A stretch of DNA of 64,000 nucleotides from Lama guanicoe (GCA_013239625.1 MU056029.1:372001-436000); one strand, 5' to 3'. Positions 1-13,086 are shown, numbered from the stretch's first letter. Notes: a model not told the origin generated them from the letters alone. Program-made: numbers and translations.

Positions 1-1026
1 CAAGGGACTCGGGGTTTCCCTCCACTTTCAGCCTCAACATCACTATCCCACAGTGGCCTTGGAAGACTGATCACCTACAGCAGCTGCCGCCCTACAGGAT
101 GAAACCCACACCTCCAAGCAGCAGCCAGGCTCTGCCTGCCCCACCCCACCCCCACCCCCGCTGACCCCTTCAGCTGCCACCACACCCAGCACCTGTTCCT
201 GCCCTGGAGAAGCCAACACTTTTCTGCATGGCTTCCTTTGCCCTCCCACCTGACTCCCCCTGGCTCACTGTGCCCTCCATTCAGGATGTGACAGCCCCCT
301 GCCCTCAGTTGGGCAGGCAGGTGTGGCTGCGTCAAGCCTGCACGGCCCCAGCACACACCGCTCCTTCACTGGACCTCAGGGTCCCTGAGGACAGGAGCTC
401 TGCTTCCTTGAGACCAGCGCAAGGCCTGGTGCACAAGGCCCGGGGCTGACGGGTGCTTATCCTGCAAGGATCTCACGCACCACAAGCTTCCGAACAGACC
501 CAGTGCTCCGTGCGGAGCGCTCCTGGAGGCCTCGACCCCTTGCTTACTGGGCGCCCGTCACCTGGCACTAAGGCACACGGGGCTGCCAGGGGGGCTCCAG
601 AAAACACGGCCCCTCTTCTACAAGTCTGAGTGCGTGTCACTTGGTGGCAACGTGAAACTGTTTCTTCACAGCCTCTAATCTAGCTGCTTACTTATTGACA
701 AAGGGCGAACAATAACCACATTAATTTAGGCAAAGCACTTAACCCAAATTACTGGAATAACTAACCCCAATTCTCATTTTCCATTTTCAATCCAATTTTT
801 ATTAACTATACGCCTGTCAGTGCCAGGGGCATTCAAGAGAGGGCGATGCGGAGTGAGCGAATGCAAGAATTTACTTGTTTGCTGCTAAGACCGCACTGTC
901 AAATCAGTATTTTCAGTCGGTTAACCTGAAATGGGAAAGAAATTGTCTCATCTACCATGATGTCCCCTGGCACGTAGAAGGTGCTCAATTAGTTTTTAGT
1001 AAATAAATAAAAACCCGAATGATGCC

Positions 1027-1534
1027 TGTCAACAGAAATAAAATCCCACAACCTGAGAGTTGTGGGTTACGTTTTATCGGGGGCACGATGAGGACTACAG
1101 CCGGGGAGACAGCATCCCAGAAAGCGCTGAGGAACTGCTCCACAGAGGCAGGGGAGACTCAGGATTACATGTGATTTCAGCGAAGGGGAGATGTGCAGTC
1201 AAGCACACACGGAGGCAGAGGCTGCTGCGAGTCACGAGGAGCAGATGTCACCGTTAATTATTTGAGCGCTCTTCTAGATATGAGGAAATGCAAGAATTTG
1301 AGCTAATAAAATCTTCCCCTAAAAATATCTACCCATCCGAAGGCCTGTTCTGCCAGTTTTTCCCAGAGCACAGAGCGCCTCATTCCTGGTCTCCACCCTG
1401 GACTCCTTTCAGGGAGTGTTGCAGGTCAGTGGCTGCAGTGGCTCGTGATTTAATCCAAGCAGAGGTAGATGGCAAGTGCCAACGTGATCCCGTTCTTGGA
1501 GAGGCAGATGGCAAGTGCTAATTTTTAGCTGGCA
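1027..1534 (-). mobile_element. ERV1-class solo LTR, minus strand
   Basis: TG...CA termini (tgtcaac...tggca). The left end is the reverse complement of the right ends of the LTRs at 4370 and 19325. Internal 21-bp repeat gagg(t/c)agatggcaagtgc(c/t)aa. No clear TSD. Confidence 0.75.
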
Positions 1535-1681
1535 AACAGAAGGTATGGGGTACTAGTGTCAGGAGATACGAAAGGTACAAAGAGCCTTAAACCAAAGAAT
1601 CTTTTCCCTGATCAGTTTCACAGAGTCGGAGTAGCCCTGGGAGTTTATGCCCTGATACAAACAAAGTAGCATAGAGACAAT

Positions 1682-1802
1682 TATGAAAACGAATGTATGT
1701 ATGTATGTTTATGCATGACTGGGGCACTATGCTGTACACCAGAAACTGACACACTGTAACTGACCATAGTTCAATTTTAAAAAGTCCTTAAAAAAAAAAA
1801 GA
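1682..1802 (+). mobile_element. 5'-truncated young L1 3' end
   Basis: L1 terminal motif gctgtacaccagaaactgacac...tgtaactgac, an A tail, and a perfect 11-bp TSD atagagacaat (1671-1681, 1803-1813). Confidence 0.88.
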
Positions 1803-3275
1803 ATAGAGACAATCACAAAACACATTTACGGAACTGATCCACGATTGCACTGGTGTGTCATTTAACGTGCCCTAGACACAGAAGTGCACAAGTGGGCTGC
1901 TGACAGCAGCCCGTGAGGGAGTGCTAGACCGTGGGCAGCACAGCACAGGATGGTTCTGCAGAGGGCCACACCCGCTGCCTGTGATGCCCTCAGCATCTCC
2001 AGGGAAACCAAGCTGACAGGGGCCAGGACAGGGGCATCAGGGCCACTGCCAGCCTCCCAGGAGGCTTCCAAGCTCAGAGCCTTTAACAGCAGATGGGCAG
2101 GGAACTGATCAATGGTGTCAGGGCTGCCACCTCCCTTTTCTGACTGCAAATCTTCCTGCCGCAAGGACAAGCTCTGGAGATCAGGTGCACAGCGCTCGGT
2201 TTTAAGGCAGAAAGCCAGCCTTTCCTTTGTTGAATCAGACTTGAAAATGCAGGACCGGCCCTCCCGCCCTCCCCTGCCTTCTCACCCTTTGTTCCCCTGC
2301 CTCCTTGCTGGTTCACAGTTGGAAAAGCCTCAAAGCTTTCGTTTAGATGGTGGCAAAACGCAAAGGCTCAGGGTGCTGGGTCTGAGCCTGAGTTCTCCAA
2401 ATCAAAAGCCTTTCTTTCCCTCTCGGCTACAGATGCTCCCTGCTGCCTCCGAGGGCTGTGATTGCCAGCAGAGCTGCACTTCTCCTCGTAGCAAACGTGT
2501 GCAGAGGATCTCAGGGCTGACCCTGCATTCAGACAGCTATGCATAAACTCCAACTGAGCTGTTTTTGTAGAAAACCAACTTCAAAACCTAAATGTGGGCT
2601 GTTCTTTAAAATATCCCTCTAAAGAGAACCTGTACTTAATCCAACATGATGCCAGTGCATAAAACACGTCTAGATCGGTGCTAAGCTAATCAGTGCTGTC
2701 AGGTGACAGGTGAGCCTGTCTGCTTCCCTCCTGTCCCTCTTTCGTCACCACAGGTAGGAGGGATGTGCGGGCACAGCCGGGGCAGCTGGGTGTGAACTTG
2801 TCACCTTTTGGAGATCACTGAGCAGACAGCCGAGCTGGGGAAAAACACTCTCCTCTCACAAGGCGGCAAGCACCGCAGCCTTGGGTACGTGGATAACCAA
2901 CTGGACCCTGAGGGCAGCCCCCAGGGGTAACCGCGTAGGAGAGTCACACGGCTGGTGTCAGAAGAAAACCAGGATGGAGGATATAAAAAGAAGAAATGAA
3001 AGCTGCAGATGGACCTAAGATGGTTCATCAGCTGTCCCTGAGATGGGGACATTATCCCTGATTATCCTGCACTACTGCAGTAGTTTCTCTTGCACTAATG
3101 TGGGAAGTGACCAAAATGGTGGCAGGAACGTGAAATTTGAAAGCACAACTAAACTAGTTTAATCACTGGGATTCAAGAAAAAAAAAATGTCCAGCGTGAA
3201 AAATAGGCAATTTGGATGAATGTCTGGCTGGGGGCAAACAGAAACACTGGACAACACATTAAAAACACCTGCCCA

Positions 3276-3412
3276 GGGAGGAGGTAGGTGGATAGCTCAG
3301 TTGGTTAGAGCGCATGCTTAGCATGCACGAGGTCCTGGGTTCAATCCCCAGTGTCTCCATTTAAATAAACAAATAAGTAAGCAAGCCTGATTACCTCCCC
3401 TCAAGTACAACA
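3276..3412 (+). mobile_element. tRNA-Ala-derived SINE (vic-1-like)
   Basis: A box tagctcagttgg, anticodon arm gcatgcttagcatgc, B box ggttcaatcc, then the family tail (taaataaac...ttacctcccc). Confidence 0.9.
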
Positions 3413-3644
3413 GAAACACCTACAGCCTGAGGTGTCAGAGATGTAACAAGAAGGTGAAGAGGAATCAAGACAAGAGCTAGAAAAGATAGAAATTCAGAGA
3501 GCTGAGACTGGCCTTTGGGGCCTCTTTTCCCTTCGTGGAGGCTCCGGTCTCTGAAAGAGGCTGTGGAGAAATAAACAAGGCTCAAGAGACCAGTGTCGGA
3601 GTGCCGGAGTGCAGGACCTGGGCCAGGTCACCAAACGTGCTGCC

Positions 3645-4052
3645 AAGGTTGGAAATGGGGTCTCACTGGGCTAAATCAAGGTGTCCAGAGGGCTGTGTTC
3701 CTTCTGGAAGCTCCAGGAGAAAATCCACTGCTTGGCCTCTTCCAGCTTCTCAAGGTCACTCACGTTCCTTGACCCACGGCTTCCTTCCATTTCCAAGGTC
3801 AGCACCTGGGGATGGGGTCTCTCTCTCTCCCTGCATCTGACATTCACTCTCCTGCCTCCACTTTCACTTTATCTAAGGTTCCCTGGGACGACAAGGAGCC
3901 TGCCTCAGTAGATCAGGACAATTAGGGACAGTGTCCCCACCTCAGGGACAGCTGATTAACCACCTTAATTCTATCCGCAACTTTAATTTCCCCTTGTCAC
4001 GCCACAAAAGGCATGGCATCCCTCAGGGGGTTGTTATACTGCTACCACCAAC
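3645..4052 (-). mobile_element. MaLR LTR (MLT1D/E-like)
   Basis: Recognised MLT1 antisense motifs ggtctcactgggctaaatcaaggtgtc, gttccttctggaagctc and ctgattaaccaccttaattc. Confidence 0.75.
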
Positions 4053-4369
4053 AGAGGGGCCTGGCAAACAGCCGTGCTTTTTCACGGGGCCATGAACAAC
4101 TGAACCCCCGAGATAGCGTGACCTAGAAGGAAGAGTGAACCTCTGTGCACACTGGTCCCAGCTTAGAGCCAACTGGGTGGCCCAGGAAATATCAACCCAC
4201 AGCATTGGAATGAAAGTAATTCCAGATTGCTGCAACTCCCAGATAATGAACAAAACAAACAGAAGTCCTCAATGAAAAAATATAATCCTAGTCCTCAAAT
4301 GATTTATAAAAGCCAAATTTCCACGTACAATGTCAGACCCATACTCCAAGGCAACCAAGTAAAAGACGG

Positions 4370-4857
4370 TGTGACGAAAAATACTGCAAACCATGTCAGT
4401 AAACAAAGAATGCTCAAGCCATCAAGTCATCAGCCACTGTCGCCACCCCCAGGGAAGACAGGCCTGCAGCCCAGCCTCTGCAGCCACTCACAGTGGTGCC
4501 CTCTGAGGGGACTCAGAATAAGAAAGGACAGGACACTGGCCCTACATAGCCAGGTGCTTGTCAAAGGAATGAATTCAGTGAGCCCAAATGCTTGCTCCCT
4601 TCCATACACACAAGAGCGCTGAATTCTTTAACTAGAGATGCCTGGTTTTCTTTAGTTAACAAGTAATCTTTTAATGGTCCAACTACCTGGTCTGTGTTGT
4701 AAAGCTCCTATACATCCTAGCTCCTCCTCTACCTCTTCGGAGCAGAGCCATCTGAGAGGCTGTCATCCCAGGCTTGAAGGGGTTCGAGTCCTCAGAAATG
4801 TCCGCCAAATGAAACGTAACTCTCAGATTTTAGGCTGTGCATTTATTTCAGTCGACA
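4370..4857 (+). mobile_element. ERV1-class solo LTR (same family as 19325-19830)
   Basis: tgtga...gtcgaca termini; 4-bp TSD acgg/acag (one CpG-type mismatch); extended colinear similarity to 19325-19830. Confidence 0.88.
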
Positions 4858-5060
4858 ACAGTATAAGGCATCTCACGCAACGAGAACCAACAAAAACGAG
4901 TAGGAACCGGCCCACAGGGACTTTAGAGGACCATGCTTGCGCGATCCTGAGGCTGAAGACAGGACTGACCAGATGGACGTTTCAGAAGAACTAGAAACTA
5001 TAAAACATGACCTAACAGATGTAAACAAACGAAAACCAACTAGACCTGGAAAAAAATCAA

Positions 5061-5180
5061 ATAACCTCTAATGAAAAAGAATATGAAAATAATTGGGGCA
5101 CCGTGCTGTACACCAGAAACTGACACATTGTAACTGACTATATGTCAATTAAAAAAATAAAATTTTTTTTAATTTAAATA
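5061..5180 (+). mobile_element. Short young L1 3' end nested in the old L1
   Basis: aatgaaaaagaatatgaaaa...gctgtacaccagaaactgacacattgtaactgactata plus A-rich tail. Confidence 0.8.
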
Positions 5181-5290
5181 AAGTACAAGCTTAATGAATG
5201 GTTCAGTGGAAGATCTGGTAAATCTGAAGAGAAAATTAGTAAAGAAGAAGAAAAGTTAGGAAAAATGTTTAGAATAAAACATGGAGGAAA

Positions 5291-5470
5291 AACAAAACAA
5301 GTTTCTTCTGTATAGAACAGAGAACTAAGTTCGTATCTCATAATAACCTTTAATGAAAATGAACATGAAAACGAATATATGTATGTGTATGCATGACTGG
5401 GACACTGTTCTGTGCACCAAAAATTGACACTGTAACTGGCTGTACTTCAATAAAAAAATTTTTTTTAAAA
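5291..5470 (+). mobile_element. Short young L1 3' end nested in the old L1
   Basis: tttcttctgtatag...gcatgactgggacac...tgtaactggctgtacttcaataaaa; same terminal family as 1682 and the end of 52027-53072. Confidence 0.82.
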
Positions 5471-6092
5471 ATGGGGAGACTTGAGGATAAAAGCTAACAG
5501 AAGGGAGGGTAAGAGACAGAGAGCAAGATGGCCCACATACTTGTAATCTGAGCTCCAGAAGGAAAGGAGAGAAAGAATTACGCAGGACGAGTGTTTGAAA
5601 AAAGTAACAGCTAAGAATTTAGTAAATCTGATAAAAAGTACCAAACCACAGATCCAGACCCTTAAGTAGGGAAAGGGAGACTGTACCCAGGCACGTGACA
5701 CTGAAGCGCTAAAGACCGAAGCAGATAAATCTTAAAAGGAAATTGAGAGGATGTGTCACTAGCAGACCGGAACCAAAGAAAATCTAAACAGCGTTCTTCA
5801 AAGAAAAGGAAAAACCGGACCCGATAAAAGGGTAAGACGCAGGAAAGAAAGAAGAGCAAGAGAAATCATAATTGTGAGGGCGAATGTAAAGACATGGTGA
5901 CTGTGTGAATCAGTAATAATGATGCCTTAGGGGATCTACAAACAGCCATAATTACAACACATGGCTACAAGGGCAGGTAAGAGGGAATAAAAAGATGTTA
6001 AAAGAAAAAAGAAAGATCCCTGTATTACCCAAGAAGAGGATAAGAATCGATTCCTATTTATTAAATACTGGTAAGTCAAAGATACATGCTCT

Positions 6093-6428
6093 TAGAAAAG
6101 AAAAAGACAAATGAACATAAATACAAAACAGAAACAGACTCACAGACATAGAATACAAACTTGCTGTTGCCGGGGGGAGCGGGGTGGGAAGGGACAGACT
6201 GGGAGTTCGAAATTTGTAGATACTGACAGGCACATGCAGAACAGATAAACAAGATTATACTTTATAGTACAGGGAAATATATACGAGATCTTGTGGTAGC
6301 TCACGGTGAAAAAGACTGTGACAATGAATATATGTATGTTCATGTGTAACTGAAAAATCGTGCTCTACATTGGAATTTGACAGAACACTGTAAAATTACT
6401 ATAACTCAATAGAATAAAATAAAATAAA
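6093..6428 (+). mobile_element. Young 5'-truncated L1 3' UTR
   Basis: cagaaacagactcacagacatagaa motif, A-rich tail, perfect 15-bp TSD aaagatacatgctct (6078-6092, 6429-6443). Confidence 0.92.
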
Positions 6429-9400
6429 AAAGATACATGCTCTAATCGCTAATATAACCCCTAAAATAAGAGTAAAGGAATGTATAACTTCCAATCCAAC
6501 TGAAGAAAATAAAACTTTCAAGTAATCTAAAAGAAGGTGAAAATGGAGGAAAAAACAGAAAATGGACCAGGGAGAACAAATAAAAGACGGAATAGTCACA
6601 CCCAAGTACAGCATTAGAAGTAAATCACGTACAGTCTTTTAGTGAAAATACAGACTGTCAGAGTGGACTTTAAAAATACTCAACAACATGGTGTTTTGTA
6701 AGAAATGACACAGATACCAGAAAACAACGTGAAGGATGAAAAATACACCCGACAAAGAGCAACAGAAGGCAAGCTAGTGTCTCTGTATGAATCCTGGACA
6801 AAGTGATTGTGAATCAAAAAGCATATCTATATATAAAAAGGGTTAATGTGAAATTACAAAAAGCTCAATTCATAGGAAAACAAAAAGAATTCTAAATTTA
6901 CATACTCCTAGTAACATTACTTCAAATCATAGATAACAAATTAACAGAAACAAGAGACACAAAAACAAATCCAGTCTTCACTGGGGCATCTTAACACTCC
7001 TTTCTCAGTATTTGATAGAAGAGTCGAAAAACCAGGAAGGTCTGGAAAATCTGAACAGCACTATTAACAACCATATATACATAACAACATATATATATAT
7101 GTATATATACTCACATACATATGCATATATACATATATATAAAATACTGCATTCAGCAACTGTAGAATATAGTTTTTTCAAGTGCACACACAAAATTTAC
7201 AAATGCTGATCACATACCAAGCCATAAAGCAAGTAACAAATCTCAAAAAAAAAAATGAATATAGGATTCAATTAAACCAGAATAAATAATTAAAAGAAAA
7301 AAATTGTTTTTAAAAAGACTTGCTTTGAAATTATGGAAAATAATTCTAAATAACCAGTTGGTCAAAGAAAAAAGTCACAAGAGAAATCAGAACATACATT
7401 CACTTAAGTCATACTAAATATATTATGTATCAAAACTTGTGGGGTATTGCTTGCTTTCAGGGAAGCTAAGAGCCTACCTGCATATATTAAAAGTATTAAA
7501 AAGCTGAAATTAACAAGATAGGAGACCATCTCAAAAATCAGAAAACAGTAAATGAAATCTAATGAAAGTTGAAGGAAGGCTGTATTAAACATCATAGCAG
7601 AGAAAAGTACAAATATCGTAACTAACCCAAACTCAGAAAGACTGAGCTTGAAAAGAATGTGTACAAATTATGAATAATAGGAATAAAAAAGAAGTCATCA
7701 CTACACATTCTATCGGCATCAAGAAGTTTAAAGGTGCAGTATGAATAATTGTATGCCAGTAAGTTTGAAAATTGAAACGAAAAGAACAGAAGACCAGAAT
7801 ACAAAATACTAAAATTTATAGTAGAGAAATACACACTCTAATTATTTAAACATTAAATAAATTTAAAGATATTTAAATCTTCCACCAAGAAAATTTCAGA
7901 TTCAGATGGTTTCACCAGTGAATGCAGCAAAATCTGAGGAAGAAATAGCACTCACAAAAACTCTTCTAGTGATGAGGACAAACACTTCCCAACTTATTTC
8001 TGAAGCCAGTATCAGCTTGACATCAAAACCTAACAAACCCATTATGTAAACAGAAAATCACAAGCCCGTCTTATTTATGCAAATAGTCTTAGTAAAACAT
8101 CAGCAAACTGAGCCCAACAACATACGTCAAAAGATGACGCGTTAGGAAAGCGGTTACAGTCCAAACACTCAAGGTTGGTACGTTATCAGAAAAATCCATG
8201 TCATCAGCCACGTTGGCACAAAAGGAGAAAAATTATACAATCATCTCAATCGAAGCAGAAAATGTGTTTCATACAATTCAGCTTCCATTCATGACAATGC
8301 CTCTTAACAGAGTGAGAATGAAGCGGATCATCCTTAGTCTGTGAAAGGCCTTCAGAGGTGTCGTAATGAAAGAGTATGTATAATAGTGGAATGTTCAAAT
8401 TTTTCTCTTTAAGATTCATTATCAGAGAATGTCTGATATTTCCACTTTTATTCAAGACTGTGTTGGAGGTCATTGCCTTTGCAAATGGGGGGAAAGAAAG
8501 AACTAAAGGTATAAAAATTGGAAAGGTAGAAATAATGCTATCGTCTTTAGCAAATGAAATGGTTACATGTATAGAAGATCTAAAATAATCTTCAGAAAAC
8601 TTGTTAGAATTAATATGTGGATTTAGCAAAGCTTCTGGGTACAAGGTCGTCCATTGTATTTCTACAGATTGCATATACATACATATATTTATGTATAATG
8701 CATTTACTCTTGTAAATACACACACATATTGCATTTATATACACATAACAATCTAACAAAACCATTTTGCTAGGATTAAATCTAACAAGAAGGTACAAAG
8801 ACTTTATGTTGAAAACTATGAAGTATTATTGAGAGAGATTAAAGAAGAAAATTGTGGAGAAATATATAGTATTTATGAATTAGAGAACTCAAAATTGCAA
8901 CAATACCAATTTTCATCTCTCCAAATTTATCTACATAGTGTAATCACAGTCAAACTTCCAGCATCTTTGGCGACAGGTTCATTCTAAAAGAAGGGAGATG
9001 CAAACAGCCAAGAACAGTCACGACACCCTTTAAAAAGAGAGCAAAGTGGGAGGACGATTTCCACCACATGGCAAGACTTGTCAGTCAGCTCGAATAATTA
9101 ACGCAGTGCAGAGCTGGCGTGAGGACAGACAACGGATAGAAGCGCACAGAGAGGCCTCCGAACAGAGCTGTGCTTGACGGCCACCCGAGCTACGATGCGG
9201 GGTACAGCTCTGGGAAGAGGGTGTCTTTCCAGTACGTGATTTGGGGATAACTGAATGACCACATGGGAAAAGGAAGTCATCTACAAAACTCAGTTCCAGG
9301 CAGACTGTGCCCTAAATGGGAAAGGGAAAACAAGAAAGCTTCTATAAAGTTACAGGAAAACACCTTCACGACACCAGGATAAGGAAGGGTTTATTAAATA

Positions 9401-9490
9401 GGCACTTAGACGGATTCGTCACAAAGGAGAAGACTCACAAATTGTCTTCTAGAAATAGTAACGACTCTCCTTCATCAAAAGACAACATAA

Positions 9491-9623
9491 GGGTGAGGGT
9501 GCAGCTCAGTAGTAGAGCATGTGTCTAGCACGCACAAGGTCCTGGGTTCAATCCCCAGTACCTCTATTACATAAATAAATAAACCTAATTACCCACACTC
9601 ACCAAAAAAAAAAAAAAAAAAAA
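9491..9623 (+). mobile_element. tRNA-Ala-derived SINE (vic-1-like)
   Basis: A and B boxes, (taaa)n, long pure A tail; 14-bp TSD aaaagaca(a/c)cataa. Confidence 0.92.
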
Positions 9624-9792
9624 AAAAGACACCATAAAAAAGATGAAGCAGCAAACCACAGAATGGGAGGAAATCCCTGCCCAGGGCTTTTATAAGGAAA
9701 TATGTAAAGAATTCTTAAGCAAATGGCTTGAATAGGAATGTTACAAAAGACAGTGTCTAGAAAAAAAAAAAAAGGTATTCAGCCTCCTTGGT

Positions 9793-9973
9793 ATGTACAG
9801 CACAGGGAACGACACTCAATGCCTTGTAATAGCCCATAATGAAAAAGAATATGGAAAGGAATATTTAAACATACATATGTGTGTATGTATGTAATGTGTA
9901 AATGGATCACTATGCTGTACACCAGAAATTAACACAACATTGTACATCAACTACACTTCAATTAAAAAAAAAA
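9793..9973 (+). mobile_element. Artiodactyl-type L1 3' end
   Basis: tgtacagcacagggaac...gctgtacaccagaaattaacacaacattgta...cttcaattaaaa. Confidence 0.85.
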
Positions 9974-10149
9974 TCACTGGTAATTAGAAAAGTGCAAATT
10001 AAACCACAATGAGATACCTCCCACATCCCGTCAGACTGACTGCACAGAAAAGCACCGCATGTCGGTGAGGAGCTGTACAAAGTGAGCTCACACAGGGTTA
10101 GTGAGCACGGGCCCTCGGATGACCACTGGGCATCATCTGTCAAGTTCAG

Positions 10150-10765
10150 ACACTGTGGAAGCAGGATGACCCTCTCTTTACCACTCCCCGTGACCCATAC
10201 GGGGAATCTGTGCTTCCCGTTCCTCCAACTGGTGGCTCCGCTGGATCAGAAGTCCTGGCTCCTGGGGAAGATGAGGTTGAGGGAGATGATTTTCCACCAG
10301 AAAACTTGCCCATTAACTTAAAGCTGCAGCCGCCACCTGTCAGAGGCTCCTCACGCCAGAACACCAACTGAAAGAGGACCCTAATCATCCTGAGTGGAGA
10401 GGGGGCAGGGAGGGGCACCTCTGAAATGTAGAGACTTTGCTATGGCATCGCTGGTGCCTCCACAACTGGTGACCATGACCAGGTAGTGCAGCTGCTGTGG
10501 CCACCAAGGGCACAGTGACCAGGAGCTCGCTGGGGACAGAGGTCTGGGTCACCCCACCGAGCAGAAAACCCAGACCAACAGATGAGCTGGTTGAGGTGAG
10601 GGGAATCCGGAACAGATGGCAGAGGAGAGTGAGGATGAATGCTAATTACGGCCTCAGGACCAACAGTTATCTTCTGGTTTTACTCTGTCAAAAGAAATCT
10701 TAACGGCCCCCACTTTGAAGAACTGGTGACAAGGCAGCAAGCACTGGGTGTGGAGAACGAGCAGG
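10150..10765 (+). mobile_element. ERVL-class internal region remnant (3' end of pol, ERV3-16A3-like)
   Basis: Translates to VWVTPPSRKPRPTDELVE and LRPQDQ, resembling the ERV-L pol C-terminus (WVTPPGKKPRPAEVLAE...LRPRDQ). An upstream stretch resembles the dUTPase-like region. Directly followed by an LTR. Confidence 0.7.
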
Positions 10766-10769
10766 CTGG

Positions 10770-11190
10770 GAGGTGCGCAGAGAGGACATGCACATCCCAG
10801 TCATTGCCCACCTTCCACAGCCAGCACCCGCACCCCTTTACCTGAGGGCTTTGGGGACTGACAGAGCCCCCACCGTTGCCGGGCAGAAGGGCAGGAAGGT
10901 GACCTCAAGCAGGGAACGGCAGGTGTCTGTGTAGGAACATCCCAGGTCCCGTGCCCCTCGGGCAGGTGATCTGAGGTGGCTGTCCACACTGCCTCCCAGA
11001 GTTTAATCAACTGCTGCCACTCAGCTCCAGGTGCCCACAGGGGTGACCTGCTTGACAGTGCGCCCTTTGTGGGCTGCCTTCCCTCCCCAGTCTCACTTCC
11101 CCGCTCCCCTATGTGTGTTTCCTGGAATCGTCTCCCCCAAAACTGCTTGCCCTCAAAGCTTTCCCTTTGAGCCTGTTTCAGGCTCACACA
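10770..11190 (+). mobile_element. ERVL LTR (LTR16-like)
   Basis: LTR16-type 3' half: ctccaggtgcccacaggggtgacctgcttgacagtgcgccctttgtgggctgccttccctccccagtctcacttcccc...ttcctggaatc. Confidence 0.75.
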
Positions 11191-11654
11191 ATGGCAGAGG
11201 TTCAAGAAAGAAAATGATTTCATTACACAAAAGAATGAAGGCCACAGGAAATGTAACTGCATGGATGGGTACATAAGATTTCTTATTGTAAATCTCTTAA
11301 ATATACGTGTATAAACAAAAAATAGCAGCATATTGTGGTGTTTAACACATATAGTAAAAGTAAAATGTATGTGACCATAGTACAAAGGCTGCAAGAAGGA
11401 AAATGGAAGTCACCATTGCAAAGTTCTTTTATCACATGTGAAGTGGAGTAATTTAACTTGGGACAAACTGGGATGAGTTAAAGATGTATTTTATAAACCC
11501 TGAAGTAGTTACTAAAATACCAAAATAGTTACAGCTAAAGAACAGGAAAAAAAAACAGAGAAAAGAAGGTGAGAAAATAAACATTAAACCTAACCACATC
11601 TGTAATCATCTTAAATGCAGAAGCTTTAAGCATTCCATTTAAAAGATAGATGGT

Positions 11655-11838
11655 GGGGGCAGGGTGTAGCTCAGTGGTGGAGTGTGTGCTTAACATGAAC
11701 AAGGTCCTGGGTTCAATCCCCAGTATCTCCATTAAAAAATGATAATAAAATACAAAAATAAATAAATAAATCTAATTACTGCCCCCACAGAAAAAAAAAG
11801 GAAAATTTAAATTTTTTAAAAGGTTAAAAAAAAATAAA
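11655..11838 (+). mobile_element. tRNA-Ala-derived SINE (vic-1-like)
   Basis: gggtgtagctcagtgg...ggttcaatccccagtatctcca plus family tail; nested in L1. Confidence 0.9.
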
Positions 11839-12636
11839 AAATAGACATTATCAGAAAGGATTAAAAAAAAGGCAAGATCTAATTCTATGCTGCTTACAAA
11901 AATACACTTTAAAAATAAAGACATAACATAGGTTAGATATAAAAGGTTAGCATGTTAATATCAGTCAAAAGAAAGCTCCAATGGCCATATTACAACTGGA
12001 GAAAGCAAATTTCAGAGCAAAGAATATTGCCAGGGATGTAGAAAGTTATTTCATAATGACAAAGGGGTCAAAAAGCCCCCCAAAAGAAAGCTTTGTTCAA
12101 AATACATGAAACAAAGTTGATAGATCTGAAAAGAGAAATTGACAAATACACAACTATACTCAAGAGGTTTCAACAGCCCTTTCTGATAGTTCATAGAACA
12201 AGTAGCATAGAATTAGCAAGGACATGGAAGACTTGACCACCACCATCAACCAGAATGAGCTGCTTGGCACTTATGGAACATTCCAGCCAACGACAGCAGA
12301 ACTCACACTGTTCTCAAAAGAGCACCTGGAGCATTTACCAAGACAGACCACATTCCAGGGAATAAGACCAGTATCAGTAAATTTAACATAGTTCAACTCG
12401 TACAAAATATGTTCTCTATCCACTATGGAATTAAATTAGAAATCAGTAACAAAGATCTGTGGAAAATGCCCAAATATTTGGAAGTAAAATAAACACCTTT
12501 CTAAATGATGTGTAGGTCAAAAAGAAATAATAAAGGAGATCAGAAAGTGTTTTGAACTGAATGAAAATGAGAGCACGAATATGTGGAATTCCACTAAACA
12601 GAACATTGGGGGAAATTTATAGACACAGTTCATGTG

Positions 12637-13070
12637 TTAGACTTGAAGAATGGTCTCAACTCAGTGGCCTCCGAGTTAACCTTACAAAACAAAGTAAGCA
12701 AAAGAAAGTGATGATGATCAAACTGGAAATTAGTGACAAAGAAAAAAAAATTGAGAAAAATCATTGAAATCCAAAGCTTGCTCTCTGAGAACATCAATGA
12801 AACTGATAAGCTTCAAGCCAGACTGACAAAGAAAGAAAAAAAAAAAGAGAGAATTAGACTTGAAGAATGGTCTCAACTCAGTGGCCTCCGAGTTAACCTT
12901 ACAAAGCAAAGTAAGCAAAAGAAAGTGATGATGATCAAACTGGAAATTAGCGACAAAGAAAAAAAGAAAAAAAACTGAGAAAATCATTGAAATCCAAAGC
13001 TTGCTCTCTGAGAACATCAATGAAACTGATAAGCTTCAAGCCAGACTGACAAAGAAAGAAAAAAGAGAGA
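12637..13070 (+). repeat. 217-bp tandem duplication (2 copies)
   Basis: Units begin ttagacttgaagaatggtctcaac at 12637 and 12854; near-identical apart from about 3 substitutions and A-run length changes. Confidence 0.97.
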
Positions 13071-13086
13071 GAGAGAGAGAGAGAGA
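13065..13086. repeat. (GA)n microsatellite
   Basis: Read directly from the sequence. Confidence 0.95.

Larger units (their letters stand above)
4990..10150 (+). mobile_element. Ancient degraded L1M with ORF1 and ORF2 remnants, interrupted by younger insertions
   Basis: A-rich strand. ORF 8376-8588 gives PLLFKTVLEVIA...GIKIGKVEIMLSSLANEMVTCIEDLK, a decayed L1 RT (PLLFNIVLEVLA...GIQIGKEEVKLSLFADDMILY). ORF2 C-terminal motif aaattaaaccacaatgagatacc near 10000. Confidence 0.85.
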
